35,149 nucleotides of DNA, from NCBI GenBank assembly GCA_038045925.1, contig JBBSXE010000052.1:1-35149 (forward strand), read 5' to 3'. Position 1 is the first letter of the stretch, and every line of letters begins with the position of its first letter. The notes beneath the pieces are model-generated. The model saw nothing but the letters and a program-made list of their open reading frames with translations, made no database searches and was not told where the DNA came from. Below are positions 17,201 through 23,880 of this stretch, in pieces. This stretch comes from Nanobdellota archaeon (GTDB lineage Archaea; Nanobdellota; Nanobdellia; SCGC-AAA011-G17; UBA489). A program made the translations under genes and the position numbers.

Positions 17201-18631
17201 CCATTGAGCGGTTTTTCGCTGAGTGACTTGAATATCTCTCTCCAGAGCACACCGACAGTTCTCGCGAAAGGGGCATCAGCGACAATCTCTCTTAAAGCGC
17301 GAATTCCCGAAACATTAGACGCCGTTGATCAAAATGATGATGCCGTTGCGCTTCCGGTTGCAGACATCACTGTTGAAGCACAAGATACCATTGGCGCGCC
17401 AATTCGGACAACGTTCCGCGCATTTATGCAGCGAGAAAATCAATTAGACCTCACAGACACAACTCTTTTTGTGAATGATAAGAGTAGCAAAAACGTTGAC
17501 GATAAAGACGATATCAAGGACATCAAACCCAAGGATCGTTTTGAATTGGAGATTACTGCGGAAAATACCTATGATCAGTCAACAAATCTTGACATGAAAG
17601 ATGTAGGAGTACGCATCGATTGCGACGACCAGAATGATTTTGATTTCGATGATAAAACAGAAGATATCGGCGATATCGGCACAGAAGATGAAGAAACGAC
17701 AACCTTCACATTTGCTGTTGAGGACGACGCGGCAGACAGTGACACAAAATGCACGCTTGTTATTGAGGGAGATGATGAAAACAGAGCACGGCATGCAGAA
17801 TCTCTCGAATTTACCCTCAGCGTTCAGCGAGAAAGCCACGATCTCCAGATTGAAGGGCTCGACGCCACACCCAGCAGCATACTCTGTGAAACGCAGAACA
17901 TCAACATTAGAGCAGACATTCGTAATCTTGGAAAAACAGATGAAAGCGATGCTGTTGTTGAGATTATCAGCAAAGATCTCAGCTATCAGCTACGAACAAA
18001 TTCATTTGAGCTGGATGAAGACAATGTTCAAGATGTGAATTTCCTTATTCCTGTTCCACCATCATTAACCACGGGAGAAAAAGCAATACAGATTAAAACA
18101 TTCTATGACAATACCAAAGAAAGCAACAGTGAAACTATCTCTGTCGATAATCAGTGTGGTGCGCGGGCGACAATTCCGACGCGACAGCAACGAGGAGCAG
18201 CAGATGAAGATGTGGTTATCACTCTCGGACAATCTTCATTGGACGCGGCGCAAGGAAGCACTGTCAGTATTCCTGTGAAGGTCGCAAACACAGGTTCAGC
18301 AACAAAAGAATTTATAATCGCGTTCACTAATATTGAGGAATTTGCAGAGCCATCGCCAACGAAAAAAATTCTGCTTAAGCCTGGACAAACATCTACTCTT
18401 TACATGAACTTGAAGATCAAGCCGACCGCGCCTGTGAAAAAACAAAGCGCGACAATTACGGTGGCAGCTGATGGAAAATCTCTTGCCGCAGACACGATCG
18501 CGCTTGAAGTTACAGGAAAAAATCAAGGTGATGGCGCAGTACGAACAACCTTATTCTGGATTATTATTAATCTCTTACTTGTGATTATTGTCCTGTTCTT
18601 GATTGATAAATTCTTTATCCGAAAATACTGA
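14219..18631 (+). CDS. Giant cell-surface protein: signal peptide, lamin-tail domain (LTD), about 8 cadherin/He_PIG/PKD-like Ig repeats, acidic beta-sandwich plus CARDB-like module, C-terminal TM anchor
   Basis: MRVRALFLLIGSLFLLFAGLVFSAHLASAQ is the signal peptide. AVINEVLY...NELIELF...LERFNP...GTPGYQN fits the LTD pattern. Repeats are separated by cadherin-like linkers N(D/R)(A/P/I)P (NRAP, NDIP, NDAP, NDPP) and contain DPD...GD motifs. QRESHDLQIEGLDATPSS...IRNLGKTDE is CARDB-like. The C-terminus is LFWIIINLLLVIIVLFLIDKFFIRKY. The track start 14189 is TTG, so the ATG at 14219 is preferred. Confidence 0.9.
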   Translation: MRVRALFLLIGSLFLLFAGLVFSAHLASAQAVINEVLYAAPAPQKENELIELFLFDPNLNISNYTLKIGNTLETLTPDVLVSSPFVLIIADTSNITAANASIYRVKGALGNTGMSSTTVIQLISDTGIPIDLLDLSFFAPTKTNYSLERFNPNNSAFAESLIQGGTPGYQNSVAGNIPPILNPIGDRTLLETQFLTIQLNASDPDNDPLLFDTNAAGVLPSPFAFDINTGLFSWTPTITDAGNYSITFNVTDGIDWDSETITITVLNLNRAPSFSPLGKQSILEDTNLTINLSQYATDPDGEALAFYALSIDNITLAINQTTSIATLIPDSNFFGSRSVIFIAQDPFFATASSVLFLSVTSVNDIPEIRSTPNLTVQQDSLYAYNMILFDGDNDPLITSLAVAPAGMVLSNAGNITWTPNSSQVAPTPVSIVVVDTANASVMQNFTITVLNKNDAPKINSTPVTTATQDTPYVYQVTAHDPDLSFGDTLIFILKQAPQFMAIAPTTGIIAWVPQFNQVGQHPIIVEVRDAAGLTDLQSFTIQVANVNDPPTQPTLISPFNGALLRDPTVLLQWNPSTDPDNDSVSYYVVTGELINQGLNATNVTVIQTTNLQHTITLEDNKTYGWGIIATDGVLNASSNLSVFFTSFFNPPTIQVLAPNTLTPSVQENATLLFAVNVTDPDGDPVVSIAWYLDTQLQTTSSSFTYAPTFGDSGIHNVTVVATDNTSRSSFVFFAVTVLDTNRAPDLDPISNQSTTQGIPLKTSITASDLDLPFGDQLTYTTNNPRFTVTKNSATQADFSFTPTNNEVGTQQVIVTVTDTAGATDTESFWLTVANINDPPTITSSPLTSAVINIPYMYDLKATDPDLQFGDALTFTFVTAPPTMVLTKIDTVTGRIMWTPNASEFGQHQVLVKVSDNANATVTQQYQIQVAQVGNGTLVILDQFSATKPTFGDDNQQASNPRSDESSEFDIFDATTIRIQNAGSSTLSNFTLSVAPLSGFSLSDLNISLQSTPTVLAKGASATISLKARIPETLDAVDQNDDAVALPVADITVEAQDTIGAPIRTTFRAFMQRENQLDLTDTTLFVNDKSSKNVDDKDDIKDIKPKDRFELEITAENTYDQSTNLDMKDVGVRIDCDDQNDFDFDDKTEDIGDIGTEDEETTTFTFAVEDDAADSDTKCTLVIEGDDENRARHAESLEFTLSVQRESHDLQIEGLDATPSSILCETQNINIRADIRNLGKTDESDAVVEIISKDLSYQLRTNSFELDEDNVQDVNFLIPVPPSLTTGEKAIQIKTFYDNTKESNSETISVDNQCGARATIPTRQQRGAADEDVVITLGQSSLDAAQGSTVSIPVKVANTGSATKEFIIAFTNIEEFAEPSPTKKILLKPGQTSTLYMNLKIKPTAPVKKQSATITVAADGKSLAADTIALEVTGKNQGDGAVRTTLFWIIINLLLVIIVLFLIDKFFIRKY
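17637..17698 (+). repeat. Copy 1 of a 62-nt tract identical between two surface-protein paralogs
   Basis: ATTTTGATTTCGATGATAAAACAGAAGATATCGGCGATATCGGCACAGAAGATGAAGAAACG, encoding FDFDDKTEDIGDIGTEDEET. It contains the tandem GATATCGGC x2. Confidence 0.9.
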
Positions 18632-18648
18632 GAATATACAAACCAAAA

Positions 18649-18662
18649 GATTTATATATATC
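18649..18662 (+). promoter_or_regulatory. TATA box of the second surface-protein gene
   Basis: GATTTATATATATC lies about 56 nt upstream of the ATG at 18712. AGGGGT at 18696-18701 is SD-like. Confidence 0.5.
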
Positions 18663-18711
18663 TGTTATTATTTTTGAGTAACAATTAAATCTCTTAGGGG
18701 TACAGCAATCA

Positions 18712-20334
18712 ATGCATAACAAAAAAATAATCCTTCTTGGAGCACTTTTCCTATTCTTGAGTATTGCAACTGCGTATGCGCAAACAACATCACTTACTAT
18801 TGTTGAAACAACCCTGCAGATAGATCTTGCGCAAGGTCAAACAACAACCGCTTCGTTTACGGTCCAAAATACCGGAACAACCTCAATCAGCTCTGTATTC
18901 GATACGAGCCAATTAGACCTTACTGATAGCAATGGGAAAACGATTACGCTTACATTTTCGCCTACATCACCTCAGATTACTCCTAATCAAAGCGCGGTGA
19001 TCACTATAACGCTCAAGGCAGACTCCCAAATCAGTTTTGAGCAATTTGGCGGCATCCTAACGGTGAAGGATAATACTACTGGAAGCACGGCACAAGACAC
19101 TCTCCAACTTGATATTGAGGTTGAACCTGATGTTTGTGATTTTGGTCAAGTTGGTTCAGCTTTACAAATTGACATTAAAGAGCCTGAAACGTCAGACGAA
19201 TTCAAGCCCGGTGATACTGTTTCTATTGAAGTCGAAGTAGAAAACCAAGGCCAGAATGATATCCGTGTCCAAGTGGAAGCATTTCTTTTTCATGATAACC
19301 AAAATATTGCAGATACCTCCTCAACAACTCGGCGCATTGATGAAACAAGCGATGAATCTTTTACTTTAAAACTTATGATTCCCGTTGATGAGGATGACCT
19401 TGAAGAAGATGATGAGTTAACTTTAATTGTCAAGGCATTTGATGACGAAGATGAACAATTAAATTGCGTGCAGGCAAAGCAAAAAGTCAATATAGAATTG
19501 GAAGATGATGATATTGTGATTGACGAAGCAGAATCGCAGCTTTTTCCAAGTGTCGCCGCATGCGGAGATGTTCTTTCAGCCGCAGTTAAAATCGTGAATA
19601 TCGGCAGCGACGATAATGAGAATGTTGTGATTTCTGTTCAAAATCGAGAACTTGGCATCAATGAACGTTCAGAATCATTTACTCTGGAAAGCTTTGATTC
19701 AAAAGAAGAAAATACTGCAATCCGCCACTTTCAGCTTACTATCTCTGCTACAGCACAACAAAAATCCTATCCCTTGCAGATGGATGTGAAATTTGATGGC
19801 GGTTCAGATTCTTACACTATTCCTCTTAATATCATTTCTTGCGATGGACAGCAACCAACAGGAAATCTACAAGAGATTATTATAAAGCCTTTAGAAAAGT
19901 CCTTTGCTGGACAGCGCGGGAAAGTCCTCAGCGTTCCTGTTGAAATTGTTAATAATCAGGCAAAAAAAGCAATCTTGATCATGAGCACTGCAAATATTGA
20001 AGATTTTGCCACTGCGACAACGAAAACTATCACGATCAATCCTGGCGCAAAGACAACAGTTTTTTTCGATTTGATTCTCCATGAACAAACAACGCCTGGT
20101 CTTTATGGCGCAACTTTTCTCCTGAAGGAAGGCGCACAGGTTATTGCGTCAACAGACGTCCAGATCATGGTTGATGAAACAGGAATTACAGTGCAGACGA
20201 AAAAACAGCCAATGTTTCCTGTGATTGGCGATGTACCGACAAGCCTGTTGGTTATTGGAAATATTATTGTCTTTATTTTTGTCCTTTTGGCAATTCGTTT
20301 TGCGCTTGTAACTTGGAAAAGAAGCAAGATATAG
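18712..20334 (+). CDS. Cell-surface protein paralog (signal peptide, acidic beta-sandwich and CARDB-like domains, C-terminal TM anchor)
   Basis: MHNKKIILLGALFLFLSIATAYAQ is the signal peptide. There is an acidic block, DEDDLEEDDELTLIVKAFDDEDEQ. IVNIGSDDNENVVISV is CARDB-like. IEDFATATTKTITINPGAKTTVFFDL parallels the FAEPS...LKPGQ segment of the neighbouring genes. The C-terminal TM is LLVIGNIIVFIFVLLAIRFALV followed by KRSKI. Confidence 0.85.
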   Translation: MHNKKIILLGALFLFLSIATAYAQTTSLTIVETTLQIDLAQGQTTTASFTVQNTGTTSISSVFDTSQLDLTDSNGKTITLTFSPTSPQITPNQSAVITITLKADSQISFEQFGGILTVKDNTTGSTAQDTLQLDIEVEPDVCDFGQVGSALQIDIKEPETSDEFKPGDTVSIEVEVENQGQNDIRVQVEAFLFHDNQNIADTSSTTRRIDETSDESFTLKLMIPVDEDDLEEDDELTLIVKAFDDEDEQLNCVQAKQKVNIELEDDDIVIDEAESQLFPSVAACGDVLSAAVKIVNIGSDDNENVVISVQNRELGINERSESFTLESFDSKEENTAIRHFQLTISATAQQKSYPLQMDVKFDGGSDSYTIPLNIISCDGQQPTGNLQEIIIKPLEKSFAGQRGKVLSVPVEIVNNQAKKAILIMSTANIEDFATATTKTITINPGAKTTVFFDLILHEQTTPGLYGATFLLKEGAQVIASTDVQIMVDETGITVQTKKQPMFPVIGDVPTSLLVIGNIIVFIFVLLAIRFALVTWKRSKI

Positions 20335-20372
20335 ACGCTGAATCATCTATATCCAATCATACCAACCACAAC

Positions 20373-20385
20373 CTTTATATATAAG
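20373..20385 (+). promoter_or_regulatory. TATA box of the third surface-protein gene
   Basis: CTTTATATATAAG lies about 61 nt upstream of the ATG at 20440. GGGGG at 20427-20431 is SD-like. Confidence 0.5.
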
Positions 20386-20439
20386 TTGCAACTTCACAAT
20401 AGCAACACAATACAATCGATTGATACGGGGGTTTACAGC

Positions 20440-22224
20440 ATGAAACAATTGATGATATGGAGTTTACTGATCATTCTCTTAGTAGGATTTTCAATGGCTG
20501 GTGTTGAAGCGCAATTAACTGCGAAAAACACTTTCGATAAGAACAATCCAACGCACGGAAGCGCGACACAAGAAGCAAGCAATCCGAAGCATGATGACAC
20601 TATCAAGAAAGATATTTTTGTTACGAGCACCATTACGATAAAAAATAGCGATCTTACCAATGCAATTATTATTGACAGCATTGGCGTGAATCCTGCGTCT
20701 GGTTTTTCAGCAACTGATTTGCAGCTGACTCTTGTCGGCGGACCAACAACCATTCCAAAAAATGGCGAAGCGAGCATACAGATCAAGGCACGCATTCCAG
20801 AAACATTAGACGCTGTTGACAGCGCATTCGACGCGGTCGCTTTCCTTATCGCGAATGTTGATCTCTTTGAAAACACTGTTCAGAAAGGCACTGTACAAAT
20901 TTGGATGCAGCGGGAAAATGGACTTTCCATTAAAGATATTAAGGCGATTATCAATGGAAAAGGAAGTCAGAGCATTGATCCAGGAGATGATCTTGAAAAC
21001 ATCAAACCTGGAGACAAAATTGAGCTTGAAGTTGGAGTAGAGAATAATTTTGATGATGAGACAAACCTTGACGCAGAAGATGTCAAACTCAAGATCCAGT
21101 GTGATAATGAAGACAATTTTGATTTCGATGATAAAACAGAAGATATCGGCGATATCGGCACAGAAGATGAAGAAACGGAAAGAATCACGTTCAGCGTTCA
21201 AGACGATGCTGAGGATGAAGACACCACGTGTGATATTTCAGCAGAAGGCAAAGATGAAAACGGCGCTCGACATGGTGAACTGCTTGCTTTTGATGTTCAA
21301 ATCCAGCGAAAAAGCCATGACATCATCATTAAATCCGTGAATGCGAATCCAACATCCTTAAGCTGCGACGATACGACGATCAATCTTCGTGTTGAATACA
21401 TGAACTTGGGACGATCAGATGAAGACCGCGTTGCGATTGAAGCGACCTCCAGAATCTTGAACTACCAAGAACGTATTGCAGGTTTAGAGTTGGATGAAAA
21501 TGACCGTGATGAGAAAATCTTTTTGGTTCCTGTTAATCCACGAACGATCAGCCAAGGTCCATTTATCTTCCAGCTGCAGACATTCTATGATAACACAAAA
21601 CTCAGTGAAACTGCGACATTGACGATGGACAACCTCTGTTCAGAAGGGCAACCCGTCAACACAGGAAAACCAGGAACAGGCAACAACGAGCCTCGTGGCG
21701 TAGGTAACGCTCTTGTTGTTGGCGCTGAAAAAATAACCTTAAGCAAAGACAGCCTTGCAAGCGTTGCTGTAAAGGTTGTCAACAAAGAGGAAGACAGCGT
21801 TGAATACACTGTTAGCCTCGACAATATTGATGACTTTGCAGAGCCTTCCTCAAGCAAGAAAGTATTCTTGAATGCGGGACAGGAAAGCACGGTGTTCTTG
21901 AACTTGAAGGCAAAGAGCAATCTCGCCCCAGGTTTATACAGCGGAACTGTTGTCTTGGAAGATGCTGGCGGCAACACGATTGAAACACGGACGTTTACTG
22001 TTGAAGCTGGCGGCAAAAGTGGTACAAGCACTGGCACAACAACGAACACATTTGCCTCTTTATTCGGCGGCGAATCGAACTCCAAAATCTTTTGGATCAT
22101 TGGAGACGTCATCTTAGTGATCATCGCGATCTTTTTCATTAAGCTGATTTTCAGCGGCGGAAAAAGAAAAAAAGACAAGAAGATGGCAGATTTTGAAGCT
22201 GAATCAACCAAGAGAAAACGATAA
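20440..22224 (+). CDS. Cell-surface protein, paralog of the C-terminal roughly 520 aa of the giant protein
   Basis: MKQLMIWSLLIILLVGFSMAGVEAQ is the signal peptide. The protein is colinear with residues of 14219..18631: QEASNPKHDD / QQASNPRSDE, IKARIPETLDAVD in both, MQRENGL / MQRENQL, FDFDDKTEDIGDIGTEDEET identical, TFYDNTK in both, FAEPS(S/P). The TM anchor is IFWIIGDVILVIIAIFFIKLIF followed by a basic tail. The track start 20386 is TTG, so the ATG at 20440 is preferred. Confidence 0.85.
   Translation: MKQLMIWSLLIILLVGFSMAGVEAQLTAKNTFDKNNPTHGSATQEASNPKHDDTIKKDIFVTSTITIKNSDLTNAIIIDSIGVNPASGFSATDLQLTLVGGPTTIPKNGEASIQIKARIPETLDAVDSAFDAVAFLIANVDLFENTVQKGTVQIWMQRENGLSIKDIKAIINGKGSQSIDPGDDLENIKPGDKIELEVGVENNFDDETNLDAEDVKLKIQCDNEDNFDFDDKTEDIGDIGTEDEETERITFSVQDDAEDEDTTCDISAEGKDENGARHGELLAFDVQIQRKSHDIIIKSVNANPTSLSCDDTTINLRVEYMNLGRSDEDRVAIEATSRILNYQERIAGLELDENDRDEKIFLVPVNPRTISQGPFIFQLQTFYDNTKLSETATLTMDNLCSEGQPVNTGKPGTGNNEPRGVGNALVVGAEKITLSKDSLASVAVKVVNKEEDSVEYTVSLDNIDDFAEPSSSKKVFLNAGQESTVFLNLKAKSNLAPGLYSGTVVLEDAGGNTIETRTFTVEAGGKSGTSTGTTTNTFASLFGGESNSKIFWIIGDVILVIIAIFFIKLIFSGGKRKKDKKMADFEAESTKRKR
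21116..21177 (+). repeat. Copy 2 of the 62-nt identical tract
   Basis: Base-for-base identical to 17637..17698, while flanking codons differ at many positions. Confidence 0.9.
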
Positions 22225-22267
22225 ATTTTTTCTTTTCTTCTTTTTATTTTTATACTGAGGAAATCTC

Positions 22268-23041
22268 ATGAAACCATCTGCAAATTATGTTCTGCTTGAA
22301 GCGAAGCAACATGGAAGTTACCTTTATCCAGATATTTATGTTTGCTTAGACCGTCTCGCGTGTACTCCTGCGCTACGTCGTTCAGGATTGCTATTTGACC
22401 TATTGGGAGAAGAAGAGGAGATAGAATTAGGCAACTTTGCCTCAGACTTGAATGGAAAAGGTTTCATAGGTAATATTGATTATGGTCTTGCAATGAACTT
22501 AGTTCAATCTTTGCCAGGGCATTCTTTTCCGTTAAATTTACGTCTCGCTATCGATTATTCAAAAATAATACGTAGTGGTGCAAAAGGAAAGAATGTCTTT
22601 GACGCTGCAGGAAATCGCATTTCACGACAGCGCCTTAGTGATGCTTGGAAAGACCTTACTCACAATACTCCATTACAGGAACCCCGTACAGAATGGATTA
22701 ATGGGGTTTATGAAAAAGATGCTCCTGGTAAAATGCACGTTCACTATCTCTTACCAAAATTCAATGGAGATCTTGTAAATATCATTGAACCTCTTGAAGC
22801 ATGTTTAATGACTGATAGAATGATAGATTTTAATGATTGGATAAATAATGCTACGTCGCAAGGCCTACCGCAACGAAACGTGCGCGGAGGAACTTCTTTC
22901 TACATCTTTCCTCACCATCAGTCTGTCGCGAGGTTTGGCGCTTATACAACTAAAGGCTTAGCTCATGTAGGCCTCAACTGTATAAGCCATCAAACAGGTT
23001 ATGCACTCGGGGTACGTGTCGCAAAAATAAAAGTTGAATAA
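22268..23041 (+). CDS. Hypothetical cytoplasmic protein (257 aa), no recognisable domain
   Basis: Clean ORF with TGAGGA 8 nt before the ATG and T-tract terminators after the stop (23055-23085). No signal peptide or TM helix. Confidence 0.6.
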   Translation: MKPSANYVLLEAKQHGSYLYPDIYVCLDRLACTPALRRSGLLFDLLGEEEEIELGNFASDLNGKGFIGNIDYGLAMNLVQSLPGHSFPLNLRLAIDYSKIIRSGAKGKNVFDAAGNRISRQRLSDAWKDLTHNTPLQEPRTEWINGVYEKDAPGKMHVHYLLPKFNGDLVNIIEPLEACLMTDRMIDFNDWINNATSQGLPQRNVRGGTSFYIFPHHQSVARFGAYTTKGLAHVGLNCISHQTGYALGVRVAKIKVE

Positions 23042-23162
23042 TACATTTCAACATTCTGTTTTTGTGATGGTTTTTTATTATTTTCTGTGTTTTAAACAAA
23101 GCGTAAATTTTTCGGAAGTTTACCAATAAAGTATATAAAGAGAACACGAAACACTACTGTAT

Positions 23163-23318
23163 ATGGAAACCGTCATTCTTCAAAAGAAAGAAGCCCTGAT
23201 GCTCAAAGAAAAAGAACATTCCGTTGATTGGGAAATTATGACCCAGTTTCGACGAGCAATGGATGATGTCATGCACGGCAGAATACGCAAGTGGAATCCA
23301 AAAGAAGCTAAGAAGTAG
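23163..23318 (+). CDS. Hypothetical 51-aa protein resembling the C-terminal half of Phd/YefM-type antitoxins
   Basis: Hand-translated: METVILQKKEALMLKEKEHSVDWEIMTQFRRAMDDVMHGRIRKWNPKEAKK. AAGTATATAAAG (23129-23140) is centred about 28 nt upstream of the ATG. The pattern (V-I-L-x-x-x-E-x-x-x-L...A-x-x-D-V-x-x-G-R) is suggestive only. Confidence 0.35.
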   Translation: METVILQKKEALMLKEKEHSVDWEIMTQFRRAMDDVMHGRIRKWNPKEAKK

Positions 23319-23634
23319 TATTTTCTTGTAACTGCTCTCGGACAAAACGCTCGTAATTTGGAAGTTCAGAGAGAACTCTATCAATCGTACACTGCTGCAT
23401 TTTTTTATTCGTGATAAAAAGCATCAAAATTGCGTGTAAATCGAGATAAAGAAGAAAATATAAACGTTTTCCACCGATCCGTTTTTCTCTCAAGAAAGAA
23501 TAGTGTAGTTCTTTTCCGACATGATCTCCCTGTTCTCTCAGTTTGATGAGGACCTTATCAACCTTTATTTGATCACTATGGTCGAGATTATCGTAGTTTT
23601 CATCGAATTCTCCTGTTCTGAATAGATCTAACAT
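23308..23634 (-). CDS. RelE/ParE-superfamily (HigB/Gp49-like) toxin
   Basis: VDKVLIKLREQGDHVGKELHYSFLREKRIGGKRLYFLL...LMLFITNKKMQQCTIDRV fits the Gp49/HigB pattern (L...G...L...ReLR...RiyY...KK-x-Q-x-x-x-I). Confidence 0.65.
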   Translation of the reverse strand: MLDLFRTGEFDENYDNLDHSDQIKVDKVLIKLREQGDHVGKELHYSFLREKRIGGKRLYFLLYLDLHAILMLFITNKKMQQCTIDRVLSELPNYERFVREQLQENTTS

Positions 23635-23880
23635 CAGTATGATACCTATTACGTAATAAAGAACATATGGGAGAAAAATGCGAAATGTGGCTTAAAGCAA
23701 TCGAATATTTTCCGAGAAGGATGACTATTTTTACGCCATTCAGATAGATTTTCGAAGACATTACGGATGTTGTAGAAGCACCGCATTGTCTTGAAAAAAA
23801 GTTTTATTTTTTTATTACGCCATTTATCTTATCGCAGTTTGCAAAAGCATTTAAAAGCAAACCATTGTCTCTTTTCCAGC

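Noticed and set aside
15175-17250. Several minus-strand ORFs of 61-211 aa (15175..15612, 15416..15781, 16118..16303, 16330..16965, 17041..17250).
   Set aside because: All lie antisense inside the giant surface-protein gene, whose frame shows clear repeat and domain structure. They have no promoters or motifs of their own.
20433-22211. Minus-strand and out-of-frame ORFs within the third surface gene (20433..20876, 20806..21201, 20967..21188, 21585..22211, 20816..21040, 21050..21340).
   Set aside because: These are shadow ORFs of a well-supported gene. The similarity of 20806..21201 to 17579..17839 (FIFCADIADIFCFIIEIKI) only reflects the 62-nt identical tract read antisense.
14219-22224. A diversity-generating retroelement or cassette-switching system acting on the surface-protein genes.
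   Set aside because: There is no reverse transcriptase, no template repeat with adenine-specific differences and no invertase or recombinase in the window. Only the single 62-nt identity island is seen, and it is reported separately.
23154-23384. 76-aa minus-strand ORF downstream of the RelE-like gene, considered as a possible HigA-type antitoxin.
   Set aside because: The sequence has no HTH pattern and looks like the antisense shadow of the better-supported plus-strand 51-aa ORF, which has its own TATA box.
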